Below, in pieces: positions 9,987-21,244 of a DNA stretch of 64,000 bases (its first letter is position 1; each line of letters begins with the position of its first letter). The notes under the pieces were generated by a model. It had not been told where the DNA came from and made no database searches. It saw nothing but the letters and a program-made list of their open reading frames with translations. A program made the position numbers and the translations under genes. The stretch is from a virus (Duplodnaviria; Caudoviricetes): the IMG/VR virus record IMGVR_UViG_3300010352_001543; one strand, 5' to 3'.

Positions 9987-11852
9987 CTACATGTAGTCAA
10001 AATTATTATCAATGCTAATTTCTTGTCTGTCTAAAATCAATGGTGGATAAACATAATAAGAATTGAATTGCGCATCATTGATTGTTTTGTTTAAATAGGT
10101 ATCGATATTGTCTTCGAAATTTTTATTGAATGAGTTTAATATGTGATCAACTACATGTGGAATTTTTTCGTCTTTTATTTGGAATGCAGTTGCGATCAAG
10201 CCATCATTTACTTTAAAATCAGTATTATGAAGTTTCTTCGCTAAGACAGGATAGTCATTAGGTCCTCTTTTATCAAAATATAAATCAAGTGTCTCTAAAT
10301 TATAACCAATATGTATAATATCCCAATAATCTAATTCTTTCAACCGTTGGATTATTGTATTCATATGAAGGTTGAAATTCTTGTGTAATCCTACTTCATC
10401 TCTAATTATTAAAAATCTTTTATAGCCTCTGACCTTTGCCCTATTAAGTAACGTCAAATAGGATAATGTTTCTGAAATATGTTCGGTTGAATTTAGAGCA
10501 TTAGTTTCCGTTGTGTTCGGATCAACAAATACATTGAATACTTGTGGATAGTAGGCAATGAATTCCTCAGCTAAAATATCATGAAGCATTAGCTTACTTT
10601 TGACCCTTTGATAACTTTCTTCGTTTTTAGCCAGCACATAGATTCGGTCGAAATAATTATTAACATTATCACTGAATTGAAAAGCTGTTTTAAAAACATC
10701 TGTTTTGATTTTCGGTACATCTATCGGTTTCTTTTTGAATGTTTTTGCAACTTTGGTAAATCTTTCTATATCTCTAATTTCTTGATTATATAAATAGTCC
10801 ATATTCTTTTCGTATAAATCTTCTTCTTTTTTCGTCGCTTCTTGCTTGATAACATTTTCCAACCAAACTTTCATCGAGGGTGAATAAATAGTAGCATAAT
10901 TTTTATCTTCAAAAAGAATTTCTTCGCTATTCTCCATTGATAAACCAGTATTGACAAAATATAATGCTTTTTCATAATCCTTGTAGTCATCCGCATAAAT
11001 TTTGCTTAGGAAAAAATATGGTTCTATTCGATTAGAATATTCACACATTGACATTAATGTATCAATAGCCGGTTGTATTTTCCCTACCGAACGGTAATGC
11101 TGGGCAAGATCCAACATAGCTTGAAGTTCTTCTGCCTTGTAATGATAATTTATTTTGTTACAAGTAAGAAGATAATTTTCATATGCTTTGATTGAATTAT
11201 CAATATCACCTTGACCACTATACGACTGAGCCAAATAAAAATGAGCTCGGGTATCGTTTGGATTCTTTTTAATAGCCGTATTTAATATTTCCACATACTT
11301 ATTGAAACGTGCAACATAATCATGTGTCTTGTCTTTATGGTCATGAATCACCACTACATCGTTTAACATAGTACTTTTTTTACAGTTTGGAGTTGCTAAG
11401 TACTCATGAACTCCAGGTCCTTCGAACTTCCATCCAAGTTTATATTTTTTATTTTTCCATGCTCTAACCCGGTGATAAGACAAGGTTACGTTTCCATTAT
11501 AGTCAACATCATTAATCCACGTAGAAATGACGTCAAACTTATTTGACTTGATAGCTTCAAGCAAGGATAGCTGACTATCATCGTCTCTCATATATTCATC
11601 TGCATCCGAAAAAATAATCCATGTTATCTCCGGCATTTCTGAAACTTTCTTCAGTAGATAATTTTTACTATCAACAAAGTTTTTAAATGGCTGTTCAAAA
11701 ACAGTTCCAAACTCTTTTAATTTTTCAACTGTTCCGTCGGTTGAACCGGTATCTAAAAATATAAATTCATTAACTATATTTTTATATGAGTCATACATTT
11801 TTTGAATGACGTTTATTTCGTCTTTAACCATTGAACAAAGTGCTATATTCAT
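9987..11852 (-). CDS. GT2 glycosyltransferase with TPR repeats and degenerate C-terminal GT25-like domain
   Basis: N-terminal VKDE, DTGSTDGT, DADE, GVHE; TPR (PNDTRAHFYLAQSY); C-terminal VNNYFDRIYVL, LIIRDEVGLHKNF, WDIIHIG parallel the GT25 neighbours. Confidence 0.85.
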   Translation of the reverse strand: MNIALCSMVKDEINVIQKMYDSYKNIVNEFIFLDTGSTDGTVEKLKEFGTVFEQPFKNFVDSKNYLLKKVSEMPEITWIIFSDADEYMRDDDSQLSLLEAIKSNKFDVISTWINDVDYNGNVTLSYHRVRAWKNKKYKLGWKFEGPGVHEYLATPNCKKSTMLNDVVVIHDHKDKTHDYVARFNKYVEILNTAIKKNPNDTRAHFYLAQSYSGQGDIDNSIKAYENYLLTCNKINYHYKAEELQAMLDLAQHYRSVGKIQPAIDTLMSMCEYSNRIEPYFFLSKIYADDYKDYEKALYFVNTGLSMENSEEILFEDKNYATIYSPSMKVWLENVIKQEATKKEEDLYEKNMDYLYNQEIRDIERFTKVAKTFKKKPIDVPKIKTDVFKTAFQFSDNVNNYFDRIYVLAKNEESYQRVKSKLMLHDILAEEFIAYYPQVFNVFVDPNTTETNALNSTEHISETLSYLTLLNRAKVRGYKRFLIIRDEVGLHKNFNLHMNTIIQRLKELDYWDIIHIGYNLETLDLYFDKRGPNDYPVLAKKLHNTDFKVNDGLIATAFQIKDEKIPHVVDHILNSFNKNFEDNIDTYLNKTINDAQFNSYYVYPPLILDRQEISIDNNFDYM

Positions 11853-11854
11853 TC

Positions 11855-12292
11855 TTATTTCCTATTAAAATATTCTAAATCAAATTCGGTAGAATCAACT
11901 ATAGACAAATGATGAAACCTGTACCAGCCAGGTTTCATCATAATCTTTTCATAAATTCTGTTTCTAATTATTGTGTTTGCTTCTTGTGTAGGTTCCCAGT
12001 CGTTCCGGATGCTTCTATCCAAAACAGATATGTCAGGGAAATCCATTTTAGGAACAAATCCTCTGAACAACATTTCATCTTTCAAAAGATAAAATCTATT
12101 TTGTAGATAAACAAATTTATCTTTAAAGAAATTCATATGTCCTTTCCCGAGAGAGAATGTTTCTGGAATATCAGACTTGATTATAAAATTATTGTACCGA
12201 AGGCTACCAAACACCATTGGCAGCTCCCGATACTCAGCAATAAGGTGCTGATCCGTTAATTTCTCGGGTGGAACACCTACATTACATCTCAC
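11855..12292 (-). CDS. denV: pyrimidine-dimer DNA glycosylase, T4 endonuclease V-like
   Basis: LTDQHLIAEYRELP, FSLGKGHMNFF, RIYEKIMMKPGWYR match the DenV pattern. Confidence 0.88.
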   Translation of the reverse strand: MRCNVGVPPEKLTDQHLIAEYRELPMVFGSLRYNNFIIKSDIPETFSLGKGHMNFFKDKFVYLQNRFYLLKDEMLFRGFVPKMDFPDISVLDRSIRNDWEPTQEANTIIRNRIYEKIMMKPGWYRFHHLSIVDSTEFDLEYFNRK

Positions 12293-12298
12293 AGTTTA

Positions 12299-12934
12299 CT
12301 AAGCCAAATATTCTGTTGGATCAAAACCTTCTAATGCTTCTTTTCGTTCGTTGCAAGTGCCGCAAGTGCCGCAATGCTTTTCAGTTCCTTTGTAGCAACT
12401 CCAAGTATTCGAAAAATCTACACCGTTTTTATGTCCTCTGAGGGCAATATCTCTTTTGGTGATATTCGTGTAAGGAGCAAGAATGTTAATATTTGTTTCT
12501 GTTCCATATGCAATCGCGTTACTCATTTCGTGTATAAACGTTGATCGACAATCAGGATAGATTGCATGGTCACCGGCGTGGTTTGCTATCAATATTTTCT
12601 TTGCGCCAATACTTTCTGCAAGACCGGCGGCAATACTAAGCATGATACCATTTCTGAAAGGCACTACTGTCTTCTTCATCATTTCATCTTCGTAATGACC
12701 ATCCGGAATTTCTCCACCTGACTTCAAAAGATCAGAAGCAAAATATTTATTGATAAAAGGCAAGTCAATAACTATATGTTTTATTTTTAATTTTTTGCAA
12801 TTCTTCTTAGCGAATGCTATTTCTTTGCTGTTATGTTTACTACCGTAATTAAAGCTAACAGCAAGCTTAATGTCGTTTTTATATTCATTTAGAAGAACGG
12901 TCGAATCCATTCCACCACTGTATATTATTAACAT
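12299..12934 (-). CDS. queC: 7-cyano-7-deazaguanine synthase
   Basis: SGGMDS PP-loop, VVPFRNGIMLS, YPDCR, TWSCY, CGTCGTC zinc site. Confidence 0.95.
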   Translation of the reverse strand: MLIIYSGGMDSTVLLNEYKNDIKLAVSFNYGSKHNSKEIAFAKKNCKKLKIKHIVIDLPFINKYFASDLLKSGGEIPDGHYEDEMMKKTVVPFRNGIMLSIAAGLAESIGAKKILIANHAGDHAIYPDCRSTFIHEMSNAIAYGTETNINILAPYTNITKRDIALRGHKNGVDFSNTWSCYKGTEKHCGTCGTCNERKEALEGFDPTEYLA

Positions 12935-13004
12935 TTTGTACCTATTTATAAATTCTAAAAATTCTTGTTTCTTTATTATACAATTTTAATTCATATAATT
13001 AAAA

Positions 13005-14872
13005 TTATTCAGCTACTTTTTTTCCAAGTTCGGAACCGTCTTTTAGTATGAAATTACAAAGTAAATCCTCGTAGGTATACTCAAATATTTCTCCTACTGA
13101 TTCCTCATGTACACCGTTCCAAAAATCATATATTTTTACGATTATAACGGACTCTTCCATAACATATTTAACTCTGAATATACATTTCCCGAATATCTTA
13201 ACAATTTCCAAGCCAGGGTATATCAAATCGGTATCATCCGGACCAAGAGGAACGGTCTTATACTTTCTATCTTCTGATATGATGTAATTATACTCTTCCC
13301 AATTCCAGACCGGAGAATCCACATACGATTCATCGGTTCCGATTATTTCTTTAATGTTTTGGCATATTCCATCACTGTTGTAATTTGCTTGAAGCATGGT
13401 CAATGCTTTTAACATTGTTTCGTACTCACAACGTTTAAACGTTTTCTTTTTTGCTTTGTTTTCTAATGTCTCTCTGAATTCATCAAAGATATTGAATTTC
13501 TTTTCCTGTTGGCATGCTGCTGGTGTTTCGCCCGTTACTGGTTTGGAACAACATTGATCATCACAACATTTTTTCGTTCCGAATTTTTCTCGAAAATTGT
13601 TCATGTGTTCTTTTCCGAAAATATCATCAAATACATTTAGTAGATCACTAAAGTCTACTTCTAAATCTTTTGTCATTTTATATCTCCTCCATATCCTAAA
13701 AATTCTATTTTGCTATTTGCATATTCTATTATTGTCTTACATTTAAATGCTGTGTCTATTAACTCGGCTAATTCAGCTAAACTTCTATAATCTAAATCAA
13801 CCAATAATTTGGAAAGTACCACTTCAGGTATTTCGTTATAAAAATACTTATGAATTGTGTCTATATCGCTATACTTTATGTAATTCCAAGTACAAGTTAA
13901 TTTAACATCACCTGCTAAAAAATATTCATATAGAGTTATTTTAAGCATTTTCGTCCATCTCCTTAATCAAGAAATCATATAATTTTTCAACTGTTGAAAT
14001 ATCAATAATACTGCTGTCTGAATCCGTTATCGAACCAGGAACCCATTTCTTACCAAAATCTAATTCATATAGCCAGTATTGAATCCAACCGTTTTCTTTG
14101 TCATCGAATATATTTTCTAATAATTCTATTATAGCATTATATAAAATATCATTACTATAACCAGTGACCCAATCATTAGAAAAAATTTGCTGAAACATAC
14201 CATTGCATTTATAATCAAAATCAGTTTGTGCCTGAAATTGTTGCATAGTGTTTGTAAATTGTTCTTTACTTATCATCTTTTTTCCTTTTGTAAAATATTT
14301 TTTACAGTTAAAAAGTTATGTTTTAAAATCATCTCATATACCAAATATGTTCATCATATGTATTATCATCAATTTCGTAATTTAATTCTCTTATAACTCT
14401 TGCTCTTACCGATTCTATATCTGTTATTCTATGTACATGGTGGTACTCGGGTATATACCTAACTTTTCTTTGGTAAGATTCCTCTATTTCTTCTTCTATA
14501 TCTGTTGTTTCATCTACCTTATTACTCTTACCAAATAATCCTTTAAAAATTGATTTAAACATTTTTATCCATTTTTTTAAAAAAATAAATTATTAAAAAT
14601 AGAATTAGACTTAATTCTATACCGATTTATATATTTGGTAATTGCTATCGACTGCTCTCCTTTGGTATAGTTAATTTTTGTTTGCCTTGTGCTAACCAGT
14701 TAATCAATTTGTTGATGTCATAAGCATAAGAACGGACGGTGTTTCCTACACCATCTGAGTTAACAATAGAAATATCGATACAAGCCAAATTGTAATCGAA
14801 CTCGAGTCTTAAAGTATTGAATGCGTCTTCTATTACAAGATCGCTCAGTTCATGTTTTGGAGTGGTTGACAT
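13005..14872 (-). CDS. block of five hypothetical proteins (13005-13676, 13673-13948, 13941-14276, 14329-14562, 14645-14872)
   Basis: Co-directional ORFs with overlapping stop/start pairs; no family recognised. Confidence 0.55.
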
Positions 14873-15269
14873 AAATATGTCTCCTTAAAATATTATATAA
14901 AATTAATAAAACTTTCATAAACGTTGTCTATTGCATTTTTTATTTGAAAATGAGTATTGTTATACCTACTCGCTTAAAAATGTCATATACATCATTTATG
15001 ATTGAATTATGATTGAATTATGAGTGTTCTACAAATTTAGCAATGAGCATTTCAACCGTAGTTTAAAAATGACCATTATTTGGACTAAATTGATTATTTC
15101 TCCACCTGAAAAAATATTTTGTACTTTATGTTATTATAATTAAACAAAGTATAAATTATTTTTAATTATTTTCAATTATTTTTAGAAATCTTGTTACAAA
15201 ATGTCTAAAAACGGTGTATAATTAATTAGTAATGCTAATCATTCAATAATATATTATAATATAGATTAT

Positions 15270-15320
15270 AGCTGCAACAACAGAAATGTTAGTCTTTCGA
15301 TGGCTGTTGCAGCTTTTTTT
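15270..15320 (+). terminator. intrinsic terminator-like hairpin oriented for a plus-strand transcript
   Basis: AGCTGCAACA (15270-15279) pairs with TGTTGCAGCT (15305-15314); the T-tract follows on the plus strand only. Confidence 0.5.
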
Positions 15321-15363
15321 CTTTTTTCAATTAACTTTTTTTCTTCAATTTTATTCTTCAATT

Positions 15364-17238
15364 TTATTCTTTGATTCTTTTTAACAAATCTTCATATGTT
15401 ATGATTTCGATTCCGAGCTTTGATGCTTTGACCATCTTACTTGAATTTGAGTTATAATCATCGGTGATTAGCATTCGACAATTCTTGTCCAGTTTGGTGT
15501 GTTCATAGCCGAATTCTTTTAAATCATTTTCCAAAGTTTCTTTTTTGTCGTAAAAAGGCTTTGGACTTCCAGTCATTTCGTAAGTAATTGAATTTTCCAT
15601 TTTAGTTTCCTCTTTTGGTTTTTCTATTTCTATACCTAAACTATTTAATTTTTCTATTTGTTGTTGCAATCTTTTAAAAGATTCTCCTTTGGAAACAAAA
15701 TCTTCTATGATTGATTTTTGTAATCCACTGAAGTCATATTTTTTTCCTTGGAACCAGTTGGTTAATTGTTTCGCTATTGATTTTCCTAAGTTGTCAATTC
15801 CTAAAGAAATTATTACTTGTTCTAAATTCAATGTTTTTATTTTTTTGATTTGATCAAGAAGGCGTTCAACACTTCTTCCGGTTCCAAATCCATGATTACT
15901 GAACCATTGTTCATCTAAACTGAAAATGTCTATAGGATTGGTTATTCCTGAACGATAAATGTCTTCTAATGTTGAAGGACCAAAGAATTCCATTTTAAAT
16001 GCAATTACAGCGGAGATAAATTTTTTCTCGTTTCCGCCGGTACATTCAGGATTACTACAAGTAGCATGTACTTCACCGATTGTTATTGGTCCGCCGCAAA
16101 TAGGACAAGTTCTTGGAATTTGTTTTGTATCTTCAGGTGCTACCGAAATAACTTTCAGCACCATCGGAATAATGTCACCGGATTTCACTAAAATTATTTT
16201 AGCGCCAGGGAAAAGACCGTTGTCTTTTACATATCTATAATTATGTAAAGAAACACGACTAACCATTGAACCGTCTAAATCTACTGGTTCTAAAATTCCT
16301 ACAGGAACAAGGTTTGATTGTTTTGAAATTTTCCATTCAATTCCGATAACAGTTGCTACAACTTCTTTTGGTTGAAATTTGATAGCCTTTGCCCAGTTAG
16401 GATCATGGCTATTTTCGCCAAGTTTGTTTCTTAGGTTGGTGTCGGCTACTTTAATAACGAAACCATCAAGCTGAAACTCACTATGTTTTTCACGATACTC
16501 TAACATAGATTGGTAAATATCATCAAATGTTCTGGAATTGAAATCAATAAGTGTTGACATTGATATTTCAGGAAAAAAGTTAGCTTGGAATATTTGGCGA
16601 GTGTTGGTCATATAATATGATGGTTCATCTTTTGGATGTACTTTAATCTCGTAAGGAACAAAACTAAAATCTTTGATAGTTTCGTTTTCAAGTTCTTCAG
16701 TGTGAAGAATACCAGCAACCAAGTTTCTTGGATTTTTGAATTGTGAATATTTTTTTAAGAATATTGATTTTTTTAGGAGTACTTCACCGCGAATTTCGGC
16801 AAGTTCATGAATGTTGATGTAGGCGGGAACAAGATGTTTCATTACATGAGTGATATCAATTCCTATTTCTCCGTCACCACGTGTTAGGGCACGAACCAGT
16901 GCTCCGTTTTCATATATTAAATTACAAGAGTTGCCATCGAATTTTGGTTCGATTATGTAACAACTATAGCCAATTTTTTTCATCCACTTTTCAACTTCTT
17001 CTTTTGGAGGTTCCGAGTTTGAAATTGCTTTGATTTTGCTAAGGCTCAACATTTTTGAAATGTGAGGAAATTTTGATTTTGTTGATGTGGTAAATGCACC
17101 AACTATTTCGATGACTGATGAACCGATGCCCTCAAGTTCTTTTTCCAAGGTGTCAAATTCTTCGTCTGTTAGAAATGGTGTGCCTTCGTAGTAGGCAGCT
17201 TTTGCTTTGAGATACAATTCTTCTTTTTCTGTAAACAT
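15364..17238 (-). CDS. ligA: NAD-dependent DNA ligase
   Basis: KMLSL, EPKFDG adenylation motif, LTRGDG, NPRN, CPICG...C zinc finger, HhH repeats, BRCT-like end; ATG at 17238 follows an AGAGGA SD. Confidence 0.95.
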   Translation of the reverse strand: MFTEKEELYLKAKAAYYEGTPFLTDEEFDTLEKELEGIGSSVIEIVGAFTTSTKSKFPHISKMLSLSKIKAISNSEPPKEEVEKWMKKIGYSCYIIEPKFDGNSCNLIYENGALVRALTRGDGEIGIDITHVMKHLVPAYINIHELAEIRGEVLLKKSIFLKKYSQFKNPRNLVAGILHTEELENETIKDFSFVPYEIKVHPKDEPSYYMTNTRQIFQANFFPEISMSTLIDFNSRTFDDIYQSMLEYREKHSEFQLDGFVIKVADTNLRNKLGENSHDPNWAKAIKFQPKEVVATVIGIEWKISKQSNLVPVGILEPVDLDGSMVSRVSLHNYRYVKDNGLFPGAKIILVKSGDIIPMVLKVISVAPEDTKQIPRTCPICGGPITIGEVHATCSNPECTGGNEKKFISAVIAFKMEFFGPSTLEDIYRSGITNPIDIFSLDEQWFSNHGFGTGRSVERLLDQIKKIKTLNLEQVIISLGIDNLGKSIAKQLTNWFQGKKYDFSGLQKSIIEDFVSKGESFKRLQQQIEKLNSLGIEIEKPKEETKMENSITYEMTGSPKPFYDKKETLENDLKEFGYEHTKLDKNCRMLITDDYNSNSSKMVKASKLGIEIITYEDLLKRIKE

Positions 17239-17245
17239 TTTCAAA

Positions 17246-17352
17246 TCCTCTAAAATTATTAGTTTTTAAACATATAAATATAAAGACGATGCTGATTTGT
17301 TTTTATTGTATATAAAAAGAAAGAATTTTCAAATAAATTGAAAATTCTTTCT
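17246..17352 (-). promoter_or_regulatory. repeat module A: terminator hairpin + conserved promoter + leader/RBS
   Basis: AGAAAGAATTTTC-loop-GAAAATTCTTTCT hairpin, then (minus strand) ACAATAAAA...CGTC...AACTAATAATTTTAGAGGA before ligA. Confidence 0.8.
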
Positions 17353-17386
17353 AAATTCAGGAATCGTAGAGGAGCATTAACAATTT

Positions 17387-18247
17387 TTAATAAATTGGCC
17401 TATGGTATCTAAATAGTAATGAATCTAACACAGCATCGGTTAAATAATTTCCAATTCCAGATAAAATAAGACCATTACAATTCTTTTGTTCATGACAACT
17501 ATCAATCCATGCATCCCAATTTTTAGAAAGTAATTTGATAAATGATTCTTCATTTCCTCTATCATGGTATCGTTGTAAGTATTCTTCTTTTAATTCTTTG
17601 TTTGGATATATTAGTTCAAAATCAATATTATTTTCAACCAAAGCCGTTCTGACCGCTTCATGTGAACTAACTAAGATAATGGACGCTTCTTCCATATTAT
17701 CTTTAATGTGTTGTATGTAATTTGCTGGAAAATTGGCTTTGTCGAATTTTGAACTATCAGAATCTAAAATTTTAAAATCAGGATAGTTGATAGACATAAA
17801 TCTACATAATTCAGTTTTACCTGTTCCAGGAAATGCTGAAATGACTTCACATCTTTTATTTATACCATCAGGTATTAAATGTTCATCAACATATTTGATA
17901 ATTCCGATCTTGATCAATCTTTTGAAATAATAACCACATTTTTCCGTGATAATAACATCTTTCATCCAATTGTTTTTAATATCTGAAAATATATAATCTA
18001 TTACTTGGATTTGATCATCAAATCCTAATAAATCCACCGCATCTTCTATCCTGTCATATAATATTATTTGGAAGTCAGAAGTGAATTCTTTTGCTTTAAC
18101 TGATTTTATTAATTCTTTTTTAAATCTTTCGAAATCACTATCAGATACTATTTTTTCAAATTTTTTAACTTGCTCAATAATTTCTTGAATGACATGTTGA
18201 TCTTTTAATAATTTCAATAATTTTAAATATACTTTTGTGTACCCCAT
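17387..18247 (-). CDS. protein with C-terminal P-loop kinase-like domain
   Basis: VISAFPGTGKT Walker A, ILDSDSS, ILVSSH, YP...KEEY..RY..RGN. Confidence 0.7.
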   Translation of the reverse strand: MGYTKVYLKLLKLLKDQHVIQEIIEQVKKFEKIVSDSDFERFKKELIKSVKAKEFTSDFQIILYDRIEDAVDLLGFDDQIQVIDYIFSDIKNNWMKDVIITEKCGYYFKRLIKIGIIKYVDEHLIPDGINKRCEVISAFPGTGKTELCRFMSINYPDFKILDSDSSKFDKANFPANYIQHIKDNMEEASIILVSSHEAVRTALVENNIDFELIYPNKELKEEYLQRYHDRGNEESFIKLLSKNWDAWIDSCHEQKNCNGLILSGIGNYLTDAVLDSLLFRYHRPIY

Positions 18248-18575
18248 TTTATTTTCCTTTTATATTTTATTTTATGCTTCTTGGAAGTCTTCTTCAGTCA
18301 AATCACTATTATCCCAAATTGGGTCCATAGCATCGTTCTCTCTATCCATGAATATTATTTCATCGTTCGAACATTCCGTTAATGGTCTATCCCAACAAGT
18401 TTTTGTTAGATATTCAAATTGTTCTAACGTTTTATTTAATTTTTCATTTATCCATTTAAAATTACATTCAGTTTTGATATCAGGTTGCTGATTATTCAAA
18501 CATAAATCATGATATGTAATCAACATATTTTGAGTTTGTTTAAATAACATTAAATCTTCTAATTCCATTAGCATC

Positions 18576-19055
18576 TTAGTTGTCCTTGTATTTTCTCATA
18601 GGATAAGCATATGAATCGCGTTCAAATTCCATACTTATATGATAATAAAAATCTCTTGTTATTTGATTCAATTGTTCGTCTGACACAGAAATTCCAGCAT
18701 ATAAAAGAATTTCTTTCACTGCTTCTAATTGTTCAGGATTTATAGGTTTTTCTAAATATTTGACTATTTTATTTGTTTTTATAGCATAATCTATTTCTTG
18801 TTTTGTTGAAGAACCAATATAACCATCCACATTTATAACAAAAATTTCGTCAGCTAAATCAATTTTTCGTTTGTGCATTTCATCTAACATATTCTTAGTA
18901 TCTTCTAACCAAACTTCATCATCTCCTGAATGACCGAATAAACCAACACTTATAACTATATTTCCTTCTAATGTCAAACGTTTTTGTTCTCTTAAAAATT
19001 CTTCTTTGAATTTAGTACTTCCACATAAAGTAATTATTTTAAAATTTCCTATCAT
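18576..19055 (-). CDS. Rossmann-like phage protein (nucleoside deoxyribosyltransferase-like/DUF4406-like)
   Basis: IITLCGSTKF, HKRKIDLADEIFVINVDGYIGSST..EIDYA. Confidence 0.6.
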   Translation of the reverse strand: MIGNFKIITLCGSTKFKEEFLREQKRLTLEGNIVISVGLFGHSGDDEVWLEDTKNMLDEMHKRKIDLADEIFVINVDGYIGSSTKQEIDYAIKTNKIVKYLEKPINPEQLEAVKEILLYAGISVSDEQLNQITRDFYYHISMEFERDSYAYPMRKYKDN

Positions 19056-19056
19056 T

Positions 19057-19506
19057 TTAATATCCTAAAAATTTAGCGGTGTTTATGAAAATACGTTCCA
19101 ATTGGTCCGACATCTTGAAACGCTCTTTGTTGATGTCAATTGATTTATAAATGTCTCCATTGTCATGCCGTTCTGAACTTGCTTTCCAATCAGCAAATAG
19201 CTCCATTAAATCAATCATGTTCATATCATCAATTCCGTTTTCGAAATGTTCCGGATGGTGCCTATTATTTTCGTAATGATGTTGTAGCGCTGGACCCAGT
19301 TCCACTAATGCTTTTTTGTATTCAGGTGATCCATAAGTAGATGTTCTGAGATTGGCTGAATACTTGTCAAACATTTCTTTCTCAGGAGATTCTAATTTCG
19401 AAAGGTCATGTAGTAATCCTCTAAGATATAAATCTTTTTCTATGTCCGTTAAAATTTCTTGTACACGTTTAATATGTAATTCTGTTCCGTTTGTTAGGTG
19501 TTTCAT
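19057..19506 (-). CDS. HD-like protein (DUF5662-type)
   Basis: LHDLSKL, HHYENNRHHPEH, ELFADW. Confidence 0.7.
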   Translation of the reverse strand: MKHLTNGTELHIKRVQEILTDIEKDLYLRGLLHDLSKLESPEKEMFDKYSANLRTSTYGSPEYKKALVELGPALQHHYENNRHHPEHFENGIDDMNMIDLMELFADWKASSERHDNGDIYKSIDINKERFKMSDQLERIFINTAKFLGY

Positions 19507-21244
19507 TTTTATTTTATTTCCTTGATTTGTGTTTTGAAAAACCAGGTTTCTGTTGAAAAATAGTATTGTTTTTTGTTTTTGTTAAAATGATGGTCCCAAT
19601 AAAGAACATAATTGCCTTTTAAATCAATTATGGTAATTGTGTCTATTTTCATCTCAAATGGATTCGGATCAAATGAAGAAAAACTAGAACTATAAAGGTA
19701 AGTTTGTCCTTTTTCAAGTTTTATGAATTGACTGCTAATATAATGTGGTATATTACAGTCAAATAAATAAAGCCACCAATAATATACAACTAAATAAATT
19801 AAAACACCTAATGATATTCGAAAAAATGTTTTTACTTTCATAGTCCTAACCACACTGTTAATTTTTCTAATAAATTTCTTTTCCAACAATAGTTTTTAAA
19901 GTCACGTGACTGGGACATTTCATATAATATATCAAATGGCAGTTCTTCAAAAGGAATGTGTTGAAAATTAGGATCGCAATACTTTGCTCTACCTCTACTA
20001 TATCCAATCGATGATTTGATAGGAGGATCATTCCAAAAATTTTTCAGATAATTAGTTTTTTTCGTTCCTAATTTCTTAATAGTAAGATATTCAATATATT
20101 CTTTTTCACTTATCATTTTTATCCTACCAGCTCCAATCAAATAAATGATCTTTTAAAATTTTAAATAGTCTATCCAAGTCCTTACTTCTCTCACTGAAAT
20201 AAAATTCAATATTGTCTTTGGAAAGTTTGGAATAGATTAATTTTTCTTCATCTGTTCGTTCTTTTAGATATTTTTTAATATCTATATCTTCAGCTAAATA
20301 CTCTTCGTGCTGCTTTGCTACAAACTCTTTCATTTCAGAAGTCATGTAATAAAATTCATGATCGATTAATCTATCCAATATTTCAACCGCTACATTCATC
20401 TGCTCGGTTGCAATGTCCCATCCATCATAGTATTGAGCTTTGCTAAAATTTTTAGACATGTTATCAATTTTGAAACGCATTAATTTTAAAAGATCTTCTG
20501 AATCCCAATCAATGTCATTCCAAACAATTTTTCTGTATTTCCAAAGGTTGTTGATTCCTCTAACAAAATTACGGAAACCTTCTTTTATTTTACCCGGAAA
20601 AGAAAATGGCCAGTCCAGCCAATCTTTAAAATCACTTAATATTTCTTTGATGTTCATTTTTACATAACTCCCCAATGATGAAATAAAAGGTATATTAAAT
20701 AGACAGCAATGGCAAATACAAAAATTTTCCAAGTATATTCTATTATTTGTAATATTATTCCCACTATGAAAGCAAAAACACTTAAAATAAATCCACCTAC
20801 TATAATTCCGATACTACCCAATATTTCCCAAAAATTATTGTTGTTGCTCATTCCAATTCTCCTGATATTTTTTAAGTTCTTCTATTTTTCTTAAATTATA
20901 TGAAATCATACCTTTGTATTGGCATTTTTGATATTCCATATTTAACGGTTTAGTCTTTTCTATTCTTTCTATTTCTTTAGACAACTCATTATTTGTCTTA
21001 ATGAGGAAACTAATTTGATGTAAGAATCCTACTTCTAAATGAGGTAAATTCATAAATTTTCCTTTATTTTTTAATTATTTTATCTTTTCTTATTTTGTAA
21101 CTAATGAAACAAATGATTCCGAGCAATACCAAGCAACCGAAATAAAGCATTTCATTAAGTGTTGCTATACCGAATGAAGCAAATAAAAATACTATAAATC
21201 CGATGCCATCAACAATGGTTAATTTTATGTTTTTATCCATAGAA

